A DNA stretch of 25,707 bases from a virus (IMGVR_UViG_3300028797_000096:205860-231566); one strand, 5' to 3'. Shown: positions 9,482-17,465, counted from the first letter of the stretch. Notes: generated from the letters alone by a model not told the origin. A program made the numbers and translations.

Positions 9482-10385
9482 TATAACTTTCCCACCACTC
9501 TAGTAATTCTTTACAACCATCACATTTTAAATTAGTAATATGCTCTGTCCAACAATTACCATAATATTTACAAAACCCACATTTCTTTCTATATAAATGT
9601 AATTCGTTGTTACAATCTTCTATATATTCTTTAATATTATCATACCATTTAAAATACTCTAAATTATTTTCATTATAATAAATTGCACCTAACTTTCCAT
9701 CTGGTCCAATTCTAATGCATTGATCATTTGTTGCAATAGGATAATTCCTTTTAATACACTCATTTAATCCACAGATATGTCCAAGCTGATATTCATATTT
9801 ATTCTGTAAATATACTTCTGTTAAATTCTTCAAAGTATTTTGATATTGTTCTTGAGAAATATTAAATATATCACCAGTATTAATACTAGGATAATACTTA
9901 ATAAAACATACATAATCAATATTTAAATTTTTATAATCATCTAATATTTCTTTTGGATCTGTATTAATAATACTAGGTGTTATCATACTCAATACAGATA
10001 ACTTCCTTCCTAATATGTTATTTTTTAATTTATTCTTAATATCTTCATAATCTGGTCTTTCTTTATTTAAAGAAGTTGATAATATAGTATCTTCAAATAT
10101 TTTTAATTTTTTTATGTCATATAAATTACTTGTAACAAAATTTGGTGCATTATAACTATTTATTATATTATTTAATTCAATTAAATATTCTTCATCTAAT
10201 AAAGTAATTTCACCTCCATATAAATTAAACTTATGAATTTTAAAATATTTTGATATTTCAACTAATCTTTGTTTTAGTATATTCAAATCTAATACTTGTG
10301 AATGATGATTGTTATGTAAATAACAAAATTCACAATTTTGATTACATTGATAACTAGGAAAAATGGACACTATTATTTCACGCAT
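9471..10385 (-). CDS. radical SAM protein (rSAM-3)
   Basis: CNQNCEFC, YGGEI, C.RIGPDG, CGFCKYYGNC...C..C. Confidence 0.92.
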   Translation of the reverse strand: MREIIVSIFPSYQCNQNCEFCYLHNNHHSQVLDLNILKQRLVEISKYFKIHKFNLYGGEITLLDEEYLIELNNIINSYNAPNFVTSNLYDIKKLKIFEDTILSTSLNKERPDYEDIKNKLKNNILGRKLSVLSMITPSIINTDPKEILDDYKNLNIDYVCFIKYYPSINTGDIFNISQEQYQNTLKNLTEVYLQNKYEYQLGHICGLNECIKRNYPIATNDQCIRIGPDGKLGAIYYNENNLEYFKWYDNIKEYIEDCNNELHLYRKKCGFCKYYGNCWTEHITNLKCDGCKELLEWWESYNDK

Positions 10386-11199
10386 TAGCTTTTACTTTTT
10401 CATAGAATTTTGGATAAAAGGAACATCTAGTATGTAACTCACAAGGCCTACAAACTTTTGCATATTTACAATCAAAGCATTTTATTAATATATTTCTACA
10501 CCTTTCACCGATTATACAACCTGGTCTAACAGTTCCATCAGGTAACAAAGTTATACTATTACATTTAAAATCCCAGTGTAAAATTTGTTCTTCTATTAAA
10601 TTTTTAATTTTAATTCTTTTATACCGCCAAAGTGTATAAATATTACATAACCATTCATCTATCTTATTTTGGAAATCATTAGTTAAAGTATTATCAACTA
10701 ATGGTTCAAATAAAATTTCTTCTATACCAACTTCTTCTAAATCTTTTATTACTTTAGTAAACATATCAATATCAAAATGTAATAAATCCTGATCTAATGT
10801 AATTAATACCAAAGGTTTATTATTTAAACTTTTTATATTATTTAGCCATTGTAAATAATGCTGTAAATTAAACCTATTCGGATTCCAACTTGTTGCTATT
10901 GGAATATCTCTTTTGTTTAAATCTTCTATTATTTCTGGTTCAGTAATTAAATTTGTACAAATCGAATCAATTATATTTGTATCCATTATTTCTAAATATC
11001 TTTTTGGATATAAAGTAGGCTCACCTCCATGCAAAATAAAAGAGGCTTTAGGATATTTCTTTTTCAATTCTTTTAGTTTTGTAATGAATACTTCTTTATT
11101 GTAGGTATCTGTATATTTATGTACAAAACAATGCGGACAATGTAAATTACATTGCCAAGTAGGAACTACATAAACTTGCTTTTGTTTAGATAAGGTCAT
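10378..11199 (-). CDS. radical SAM protein (rSAM-2)
   Basis: CNLHCPHC, HGGEP, TSWNPNRF, C..ITLLPDG...GC, CFDCKYAKVCRPC....C. Confidence 0.92.
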   Translation of the reverse strand: MTLSKQKQVYVVPTWQCNLHCPHCFVHKYTDTYNKEVFITKLKELKKKYPKASFILHGGEPTLYPKRYLEIMDTNIIDSICTNLITEPEIIEDLNKRDIPIATSWNPNRFNLQHYLQWLNNIKSLNNKPLVLITLDQDLLHFDIDMFTKVIKDLEEVGIEEILFEPLVDNTLTNDFQNKIDEWLCNIYTLWRYKRIKIKNLIEEQILHWDFKCNSITLLPDGTVRPGCIIGERCRNILIKCFDCKYAKVCRPCELHTRCSFYPKFYEKVKANA

Positions 11200-12151
11200 G
11201 TTTTTTTAATTCTATATAATGTTCTTTCATCCATTTACAATGTTCTTCTTTGATTGGTTCAGTACTTTGTCTATTTAAAGAACATCCATTACAAATATTA
11301 TACATTGGACAAGCATAGCATTTACTAAACAGAACGCCTTTTTCTACTTTATATTTACCTTGTGAACTAATTTCTTCTTCACAATTACCTTCAATTAAAC
11401 AATTGTTTATATCTACATATACTACTTTTAATTGCTTACAATTTTTATATGATGCACTAAATGGACAAATTTTTCTTTCAATATTTAATAAGTTACCTTC
11501 ATGATCTGCTAATCCTTTATTATATAACTCCAAATATATTTCTAATAACCTATATCTTGGAAAATACTCTGTTGCTTTTCCAACTGGTAATTGTGAATTT
11601 AATTTAACCCATACATCTAATTCTTTTGCTAATTCTACCGTTTTTATTGCATATTTTACATTATCATTATTAATAACACTAATAAAATCTAATTTTTTCT
11701 GATATCTATTATAAAATTTCCAAAATAAATCTAAAAAACGTTCTTCTGTATATACTTTGTCATCTTTTCTATCATCACCATATTGAAAAGAAGTATCTAC
11801 TCCAACTTTTGGATTATTAAATAACCAATCCCATTCTTCTGGATTATTATACCATAATACTAAATTACTTGTAATACTAACCCAATAATCTACTTGTGTT
11901 TTATCTAATGTATCAAATAAATCATCCCAATAAGATTTAGGATTCATTAAAGGTTCACCACCTGTAATAATAATATTAGTAGGTTTATAATCTAAAATAT
12001 ATTGTTTTAAAGGCTCTGGAAGTTTGTTATGAAGAGGTATATTTAATAATTTTGCACTACAAAAAGCACAATTAAAATTACATGCATTAGTAGGTTTAAT
12101 TATTAAAGTTTTAGAAGTACTTAATAAATTATCCTGCATTATCTTCACCAT
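11186..12151 (-). CDS. radical SAM/SPASM protein (rSAM-1)
   Basis: IKPTNACNFNCAFC, TGGEPL, CYACPMYNICNGC...C; the true start may be the second Met near 12139. Confidence 0.93.
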   Translation of the reverse strand: MVKIMQDNLLSTSKTLIIKPTNACNFNCAFCSAKLLNIPLHNKLPEPLKQYILDYKPTNIIITGGEPLMNPKSYWDDLFDTLDKTQVDYWVSITSNLVLWYNNPEEWDWLFNNPKVGVDTSFQYGDDRKDDKVYTEERFLDLFWKFYNRYQKKLDFISVINNDNVKYAIKTVELAKELDVWVKLNSQLPVGKATEYFPRYRLLEIYLELYNKGLADHEGNLLNIERKICPFSASYKNCKQLKVVYVDINNCLIEGNCEEEISSQGKYKVEKGVLFSKCYACPMYNICNGCSLNRQSTEPIKEEHCKWMKEHYIELKKHDLI

Positions 12152-12869
12152 CTTCTTGATTATTTAGAACTAAACCAAAGAAAGATATAGAAGGTAAATT
12201 TAAAAACTCTGTATATAAAATAGAATTTTTATCTATTTGTTCTAAAATAAATGTATAATTAGCAGGTTTAATTTTATCAGTATAATATAACCTAATCGCA
12301 TCAAAAACAATAGGATATTGTTGTAATAATAAATGTAATACTTCAAAATATAATGGTTTTTCAACAATTGTTTCTAAATCAGAAGTTATTGTAACATCAC
12401 TAAATTTTGTTCTAGTAGGATTTTCTAAAGCATAATCAAGTAAAAGGTTTAAAGAAACAATAAAGCGTAACATTTCATTTACCAGATCTTTATTATTCTC
12501 TTTAAATTTAATTGTTTCTTCAGGTGTTAATATATTAATAATATTATCAATCGGACCATCTGCTAAAATACTTAAAATGGTTTCATTTAATTCTTTTATT
12601 GATAAATCGTATAAACAGGCATCTAAATATTTTAAAATCCACTCTTCTTTTACTTCATATGTACATTTAGAAAAATCACAAGGAAAAGGTAAATCTATAT
12701 TGCGAAGATAAATTAAACTACATTCTACTTTATTTGATTCTAAATCTGGATCATCATATTTAATACTTGCAATATCTATACAATACTCACTTATATCTAC
12801 TATAGGATTACCTTCATTTGAAATATCTAATACTTCATCAGGAACAGGTAATGTAATTAATTGCTTCAT
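12129..12869 (-). CDS. hypothetical acidic protein, putative accessory factor of the radical SAM cluster
   Basis: Strong AAGGAG RBS; lies between the CHSN-repeat gene and rSAM-1 and overlaps the latter; no recognisable motif. Confidence 0.75.
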   Translation of the reverse strand: MKQLITLPVPDEVLDISNEGNPIVDISEYCIDIASIKYDDPDLESNKVECSLIYLRNIDLPFPCDFSKCTYEVKEEWILKYLDACLYDLSIKELNETILSILADGPIDNIINILTPEETIKFKENNKDLVNEMLRFIVSLNLLLDYALENPTRTKFSDVTITSDLETIVEKPLYFEVLHLLLQQYPIVFDAIRLYYTDKIKPANYTFILEQIDKNSILYTEFLNLPSISFFGLVLNNQEDGEDNAG

Positions 12870-12892
12870 TTAAATCTCCTTTTAATATTATT

Positions 12893-13666
12893 CTAACGCC
12901 TTGAACGATTTGTGTGGCAATTACTATGGCAATTGCTATGACAGTTAGAATGGCACCAATATCTAGCAAAGAATACAATATTACTTGCACTAGAACTATC
13001 ACTTGCATTGCCACTCCACCAGGCTGCTTGGTTATTTTGTGTTTGCCAAGAATCTTTAAATTTATTTACCTGTGTTTGTAAAGTAGTAAGATAATTAACC
13101 ATATTATTAACAGAAATTATAGTGCTCGCTGTTAATTCTCTTGTCATAGTCCAACCACTGCCTCTATCAGGAATAGTTTGATATCCAGTATTATCAGTAT
13201 TTGAATTACTAACAGCCGTAGGTTTAGTATAATTACCACCTAATGTAATATTTTTTTTAAAATATGTCCAAGTACCATTTTTTGGATTAATGCCATATGA
13301 ACTAACAACTGAAGCAGGAGAAGCCGTTGAACCGGGTGCATTAGCACCTACATTAAAATAATATACTTTTCTACATCTACCCATTTGTACAAAAACTCGC
13401 TTCATTAAATCCCAAACCTTAGAAGCTTTAATTAACTGATTTGTACTAGCAGGTTCACCTTCTGTATCAATTATTGCACAAATATCGGTATATAAACTAT
13501 CTCTTGTAGACAAATAAGGCGTTAATTGACTATCTGGAGAATTGTCACTCGACCAAGCAGAAGTCGGTAACATATTATAAATAGTTGATTTTAATGCCTC
13601 TTTAAATCCATCAACAGTATCATTACTGGGAGCTTTTTTAAGCTTAATCTTATCATTAGTAGCCAT
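12893..13666 (-). CDS. 257-aa protein with C-terminal (CHSN)x3-CHTN-RSRR tail; putative radical SAM modification substrate, possibly a virion protein
   Basis: First gene of the unit that holds 7 rSAM genes; Cys every 4th residue at the C-terminus; Ser/Thr/Asn-rich body. Confidence 0.7.
   Translation of the reverse strand: MATNDKIKLKKAPSNDTVDGFKEALKSTIYNMLPTSAWSSDNSPDSQLTPYLSTRDSLYTDICAIIDTEGEPASTNQLIKASKVWDLMKRVFVQMGRCRKVYYFNVGANAPGSTASPASVVSSYGINPKNGTWTYFKKNITLGGNYTKPTAVSNSNTDNTGYQTIPDRGSGWTMTRELTASTIISVNNMVNYLTTLQTQVNKFKDSWQTQNNQAAWWSGNASDSSSASNIVFFARYWCHSNCHSNCHSNCHTNRSRR
12896..12955 (-). repeat. coding 12-nt tandem repeat encoding CHSNCHSNCHSNCHTN plus RSRR
   Basis: TGC CAT TCT AAC / TGT CAT AGC AAT / TGC CAT AGT AAT / TGC CAC ACA AAT. 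Confidence 0.95.
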
Positions 13667-13705
13667 AATATAAAACCTAAGTAAAAAATAAAACTTTATA
13701 CTATA

Positions 13706-13729
13706 TAGAACTGCATTTTTATAGTTCTA
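13706..13729. promoter_or_regulatory. back-to-back AGTTCTA motifs (TAGAACT-N10-AGTTCTA) in the divergent intergenic region
   Basis: TAGAACT at 13706-13712 points to the rSAM unit; AGTTCTA at 13723-13729 points to the spanin genes. Confidence 0.6.
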
Positions 13730-13747
13730 AAAAGAAAAGGAGTATAA

Positions 13748-14059
13748 ATGATTTCCTTAAAAGTTAAAGCTTTTCTTATCGGTGGAGCTATAATAATCAT
13801 CGGTACTTTATTTTCTTTATGGCGTATTACAAGTATAAAGCTTACTAATACTCAACGCCAATTAACTGAGGTTACTTGTCAATTAGATACCGTAACCAAA
13901 GAAAACGCTAATTTAATTGAATATAATAAGCGTAGAGATAGCCAAATTAAAGAATTAGAGAAAGCCTATCAAGAGCAATTAAATACAATACCGGCTGATT
14001 CTTGTGGTGATATGAAGCCCTCAAAAGAAATGTTAGATTTCTTTAAACAAGGGAGATAA
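13748..14059 (+). CDS. putative inner-membrane spanin (Rz-like)
   Basis: One N-terminal TM helix, a long coiled coil and a C-terminal C.D..P motif; immediately upstream of a lipoprotein gene; AAGGAG RBS. Confidence 0.7.
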   Translation: MISLKVKAFLIGGAIIIIGTLFSLWRITSIKLTNTQRQLTEVTCQLDTVTKENANLIEYNKRRDSQIKELEKAYQEQLNTIPADSCGDMKPSKEMLDFFKQGR

Positions 14060-14061
14060 CT

Positions 14062-14298
14062 ATGAAAAGATTAGTTTTATTATTGATATTGGGATTATTT
14101 TGTTTAATGCTTGTTGGATGTTCTTGGTTTAATTCATCTAAGCCTATCCAGACAAATCAATACTATCAGACAGATTACAACTACTTCTGTTATGAAGAAG
14201 GTAAAACTTGGTCTCAAATTGTAGTATGTTTAACTGCAGAGGGTAAAGCAGAACGTACCCAAAATAAAATTACCAATGATTTATTAAATCAAAATTAA
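14062..14298 (+). CDS. putative outer-membrane lipoprotein spanin (Rz1-like)
   Basis: MKR, hydrophobic stretch, lipobox LVGC; small mature domain with two further Cys. Confidence 0.7.
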   Translation: MKRLVLLLILGLFCLMLVGCSWFNSSKPIQTNQYYQTDYNYFCYEEGKTWSQIVVCLTAEGKAERTQNKITNDLLNQN

Positions 14299-14580
14299 TT
14301 ATTTTTTATTGTATTTTTTTGATAAATGTTCAACACGATTTGACAAACAAAAATATAGTACTAAACTAGCAAAGTTTGCCAACATATTTAATAATAAAAG
14401 AACTAAAATACCAATAAATAAATCATTTAAACTTGAAAAATAAGCTAAATTTCTATGTAAATCAGCAAAGTCTTTAATTGCTAATCCCATAACAACACAA
14501 CTTATTAATGGAAATATAAATACACTTTTAATTATTGTTTTTTTATGGAACAATCTTTCAAACCAATTCAATTTAGCCAT
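14299..14580 (-). CDS. small membrane protein (2 predicted TM)
   Basis: Two hydrophobic stretches, basic termini. Confidence 0.6.
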   Translation of the reverse strand: MAKLNWFERLFHKKTIIKSVFIFPLISCVVMGLAIKDFADLHRNLAYFSSLNDLFIGILVLLLLNMLANFASLVLYFCLSNRVEHLSKKYNKK

Positions 14581-14583
14581 TTT

Positions 14584-14820
14584 TTACTCTTCATCTTTAT
14601 CTGAAATAGGAAATGTTATATATTTTAATACCTTAAGAGGATGTAGAGTAAAATAATGCTCTGCTATTACTGCACTTACAGCAACACTTCCACATACAAA
14701 CCAACAAGGTAGACCTAAAATTCGAAGCAAGATACCCACAAAGACTGCAATTAATGTTGCAACACCCATATTAAATGCCGTAGTTATCTGCTTATTTGTT
14801 GCTCGTCTACACATTGTCAA
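14584..14820 (-). CDS. small membrane protein (2 predicted TM)
   Basis: Hydrophobic segments; GAGG RBS just upstream. Confidence 0.6.
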   Translation of the reverse strand: MTMCRRATNKQITTAFNMGVATLIAVFVGILLRILGLPCWFVCGSVAVSAVIAEHYFTLHPLKVLKYITFPISDKDEE

Positions 14821-14825
14821 ACCTC

Positions 14826-15191
14826 TTAGTTTTTCTTGGTTCTTTTATTTACAGGGTCTGCTTCATAATCTTCTTGAGTTGGCTTAACACCGACTGTATC
14901 TTCAATCTTTTTTACAAATATTGTAGGTATAGCGGATAATAAACGCTCTGCCGATAATGCAGATAAAGCAACTATTATATATGTTAAATCTTCTGCAACA
15001 CCAAAATGTGCACATGCAAAACTAGCTAATATACCAATAAAGAAACTCAAAATAAGATTAACAATAAAATCAAGTTTCTTCGGAAATATACCATCATGCA
15101 CATATAATAGTATAGTTTTAACCGCACCACTCAAGAAAGAAATTAGAGATGCTACAAGTATAGTTATAAGATCTTGTCCTCCGATCATCAT
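14826..15191 (-). CDS. putative holin (3 TM, charged C-terminal tail)
   Basis: Three hydrophobic helices in the pattern SFLSGAVK...LSFFIGIL...IIVALSALS; charged tail; near the spanins. Confidence 0.6.
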   Translation of the reverse strand: MMIGGQDLITILVASLISFLSGAVKTILLYVHDGIFPKKLDFIVNLILSFFIGILASFACAHFGVAEDLTYIIVALSALSAERLLSAIPTIFVKKIEDTVGVKPTQEDYEADPVNKRTKKN

Positions 15192-15263
15192 GTCTAAATA
15201 TTCTCTTTATTACTTTTTTCTCTCACTTTAGGAAAACAAATTAGATATACTTGCCTATATAAA

Positions 15264-15270
15264 TAGAACT
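15264..15270 (-). promoter_or_regulatory. AGTTCTA motif
   Basis: TAGAACT on + strand, directly after the hairpin and upstream of the holin-like gene. Confidence 0.55.
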
Positions 15271-15295
15271 GGGATATTTTCAATAAAATATCCCA
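15270..15295 (-). terminator. hairpin, probable terminator of the metallophosphoesterase gene
   Basis: TGGGATATTTT-caat-AAAATATCCCA perfect 11-bp stem; weak U-tract. Confidence 0.55.
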
Positions 15296-15320
15296 AATTC
15301 ACTTTATTTTATATATAGTT

Positions 15321-16274
15321 TTAATACTGTAATTCAGCGTCTTTTTTCTTTTGCATTATTTTTAATTTATAAGATTGTAATTCGCCTATTTTTGCTATAG
15401 GATTTACAATAATTTTAACATCTGAATTTAACTTATATTTACCATCTTCACTAAATGGAGTTAATTCAACTGATCCAAAACCTTGTAATGCTTGATGAGA
15501 ATAGAATCTTTCTGCAAAATTAATGTTATGATCATCAACTGTTCTACCTTTTTGATAAGAAGGAGTTTGAATAGATTGACGATTTTTCATTCTTACTTCA
15601 CCTGTTTGATCAATATACATAATTGGATCTGAATAATCGGCTACAGCATGATGTTTATGACCAATCCAAATTAAATCGGCTAATGTACCTTTCATAATAC
15701 GATTAAAATCAATCATACCTTTAGTTACTGGGCTATTACCACCTGCGCCATGATTTTGGAATATATCATAATGTATAATAGATTTATTTCTATTATCTAC
15801 AAAATTAAATCTTAAAAAATTAGCATAATTACCATATTGTATTTGATGTTTACTTCCAGTATTTAATAATTGTGTAACAAGTTGTAATACATCTACTCCC
15901 GAATACTTTAAAATAGATTCTTCGTGATTACCACGACCTATAAACAAAATGCTATCTTTATAAGGTCTTAAAAATTCAACTACATCATTAATTTTAACAT
16001 TTAACTGATTATCTGTCTTTTCCATAAGATGATTTACTGCTCTTTTACCGTCTCTTAATAAAATAGCATCGAATAAATCACCACCAATAAGGATATATCT
16101 ACCATCCTTTAAACAAAAATCTAAATGCTTTTTTAATGTCGTTTTATCACAATCTGGGGAATCAAAGTGAATATCTGAAAATAGAGCTAATTTTAAAGTT
16201 GTACCTGCTTTTAAAGGTACACTATATTGCAAAGCTTTCATTGTAAAATTTCTCCCTATAATATATCTATTCAT
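15321..16274 (-). CDS. calcineurin-like metallophosphoesterase
   Basis: SDIH, GGDLFD, GRGNHE, HG and GHKH motifs; likely true start at 16241 (MKAL) behind a GGGAG RBS. Confidence 0.88.
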   Translation of the reverse strand: MNRYIIGRNFTMKALQYSVPLKAGTTLKLALFSDIHFDSPDCDKTTLKKHLDFCLKDGRYILIGGDLFDAILLRDGKRAVNHLMEKTDNQLNVKINDVVEFLRPYKDSILFIGRGNHEESILKYSGVDVLQLVTQLLNTGSKHQIQYGNYANFLRFNFVDNRNKSIIHYDIFQNHGAGGNSPVTKGMIDFNRIMKGTLADLIWIGHKHHAVADYSDPIMYIDQTGEVRMKNRQSIQTPSYQKGRTVDDHNINFAERFYSHQALQGFGSVELTPFSEDGKYKLNSDVKIIVNPIAKIGELQSYKLKIMQKKKDAELQY

Positions 16275-16319
16275 ACCAGATTAGTACATAATAGAGATAT
16301 ATTCTTCCTTTACATATAA

Positions 16320-16326
16320 TAGAACT
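16320..16326 (-). promoter_or_regulatory. AGTTCTA motif
   Basis: TAGAACT on + strand between the terminator and the phosphoesterase gene. Confidence 0.55.
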
Positions 16327-16339
16327 TCTCTAAAATTTT

Positions 16340-16365
16340 AAAAACCCCTAGTTTACTTCTAGGGG
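16340..16365 (-). terminator. rho-independent terminator after the glycosyltransferase gene
   Basis: CCCCTAG-7 nt loop-CTAGGGG followed by a T5 run on the - strand. Confidence 0.75.
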
Positions 16366-16375
16366 CTTTACGAGT

Positions 16376-17398
16376 TTATTTCTTCTTTTTCTTATCTTCT
16401 TCTTGACATTCTGTTTCTAATTTTTCTATAAATTCCTTAAATCCTATTCGAGGTATAATCCTAAACATTTTATTACCTAAATAGCAATTTCTCATTACTT
16501 CATTATAGCAGTCTGACAAGATTTCATCAGAAATTTTATCTTTAATTTCACGATAAATCTCACGATAATATTTGCGACACCATTCCCAATTTTGTTCTTC
16601 ATATCTAGGATCAGAACGCTGCGTTTCTAAGAAATATTCATATAAATTACATAACATAACTACTTTTTGTTGCATTACTTGACCATTAAATGGAACAACT
16701 TTTTCTGCTTCTTTTAAAGCATTTATTTGATTTGCAGTAAAACCAACAAAAGAACCATTATATGAATAATTTGCGTTATCTTTTCTAGTAATTGAATCCT
16801 CTTTAAAACACCAATAATATAAAATATCAGGAATTTCTATAATCTGTTCATTTTCATTTTGATATAATTTACACAATGTATTCCAAAAGCCATCTTCATT
16901 ACTACGACTATTCTCTGGTGGAAAATGTACTTTATATTTATTAATAAAATCTCTACGATATAATTTACCAAACATCCAAGGATCCATACCACCATGTTCA
17001 AGATATGCTTGTTGTTGATCTTCTAAAAAATGCCCAAATACTCCTACAATACGAGGATCTTTTAACATATTTAAACGTGCAATTTTTAAAGCAAATCTAC
17101 CAGAAAATGTATCATCAGCATCAATAAATGTTATAATAGGATTATTAGTTTCATTAACACCTTTTTGACGAGCTTCACCTGGACCAGCATTTTCTTCTAA
17201 AGTAATTTCTTTAATTTTCATATATGGAGAAAACATATCTATAAATTCTTTATAACCAATTCCATCTGCGTCATTTACTATTGTAACTTCAAGATCTTCT
17301 ACAATTTCTTGTTCTGCAATAGAAGAAAGCGTACGAATAATTGTATTCTGTGCTTTATAAGCTGGAATAATTACATCAATTTTTGGTAGATCACTCAT
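16376..17398 (-). CDS. glycosyltransferase family 2 (GT-A fold)
   Basis: DVIIPAYK, IVND, NAGPGEARQKG, FIDADD (DxD), WMFGKLYRR, NED. Confidence 0.92.
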   Translation of the reverse strand: MSDLPKIDVIIPAYKAQNTIIRTLSSIAEQEIVEDLEVTIVNDADGIGYKEFIDMFSPYMKIKEITLEENAGPGEARQKGVNETNNPIITFIDADDTFSGRFALKIARLNMLKDPRIVGVFGHFLEDQQQAYLEHGGMDPWMFGKLYRRDFINKYKVHFPPENSRSNEDGFWNTLCKLYQNENEQIIEIPDILYYWCFKEDSITRKDNANYSYNGSFVGFTANQINALKEAEKVVPFNGQVMQQKVVMLCNLYEYFLETQRSDPRYEEQNWEWCRKYYREIYREIKDKISDEILSDCYNEVMRNCYLGNKMFRIIPRIGFKEFIEKLETECQEEDKKKKK

Positions 17399-17421
17399 AA
17401 AAACCCCTTTTATCTATTATG

Positions 17422-17428
17422 TAGAACT
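17422..17428 (-). promoter_or_regulatory. AGTTCTA motif
   Basis: TAGAACT on + strand 3 nt from the terminator U-tract and about 24 nt upstream of the GT2 start. Confidence 0.55.
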
Positions 17429-17431
17429 AAT

Positions 17432-17459
17432 AAAAAAGGGATAATTTTTTAATTATCCC
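17432..17459 (-). terminator. rho-independent terminator ending the adhesin/fibre gene run
   Basis: GGGATAATT-tttt-AATTATCCC followed by T6 on the - strand. Confidence 0.75.
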
Positions 17460-17465
17460 AAAATT

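Noticed and set aside
5078-12151. rSAMs as QueE, NrdG, MoaA or anaerobic sulfatase maturases
   Set aside because: No partner genes (queC/queD/folE, nrdD, moaC, sulfatase) in the window; a Cys-repeat substrate candidate leads the unit. Not formally excluded without searches
12866-12895. Possible TAG recoding or readthrough: reading past the TAG of the CHSN gene ends at a TGA overlapping the next ATG
   Set aside because: All long genes are intact in the standard code with no in-frame TAG, so there is no sign of recoding; likely coincidence
12896-12955. Assignment to the known His-Xaa-Ser repeat system
   Set aside because: The repeat is C-H-S-N with 4-residue periodicity, not HxS triplets, and the gene set differs
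15186-15191. Met-Met start of the holin as a lambda S-type dual-start motif
   Set aside because: No charged residue lies between the two Met codons, so there is no basis for holin/antiholin isoforms
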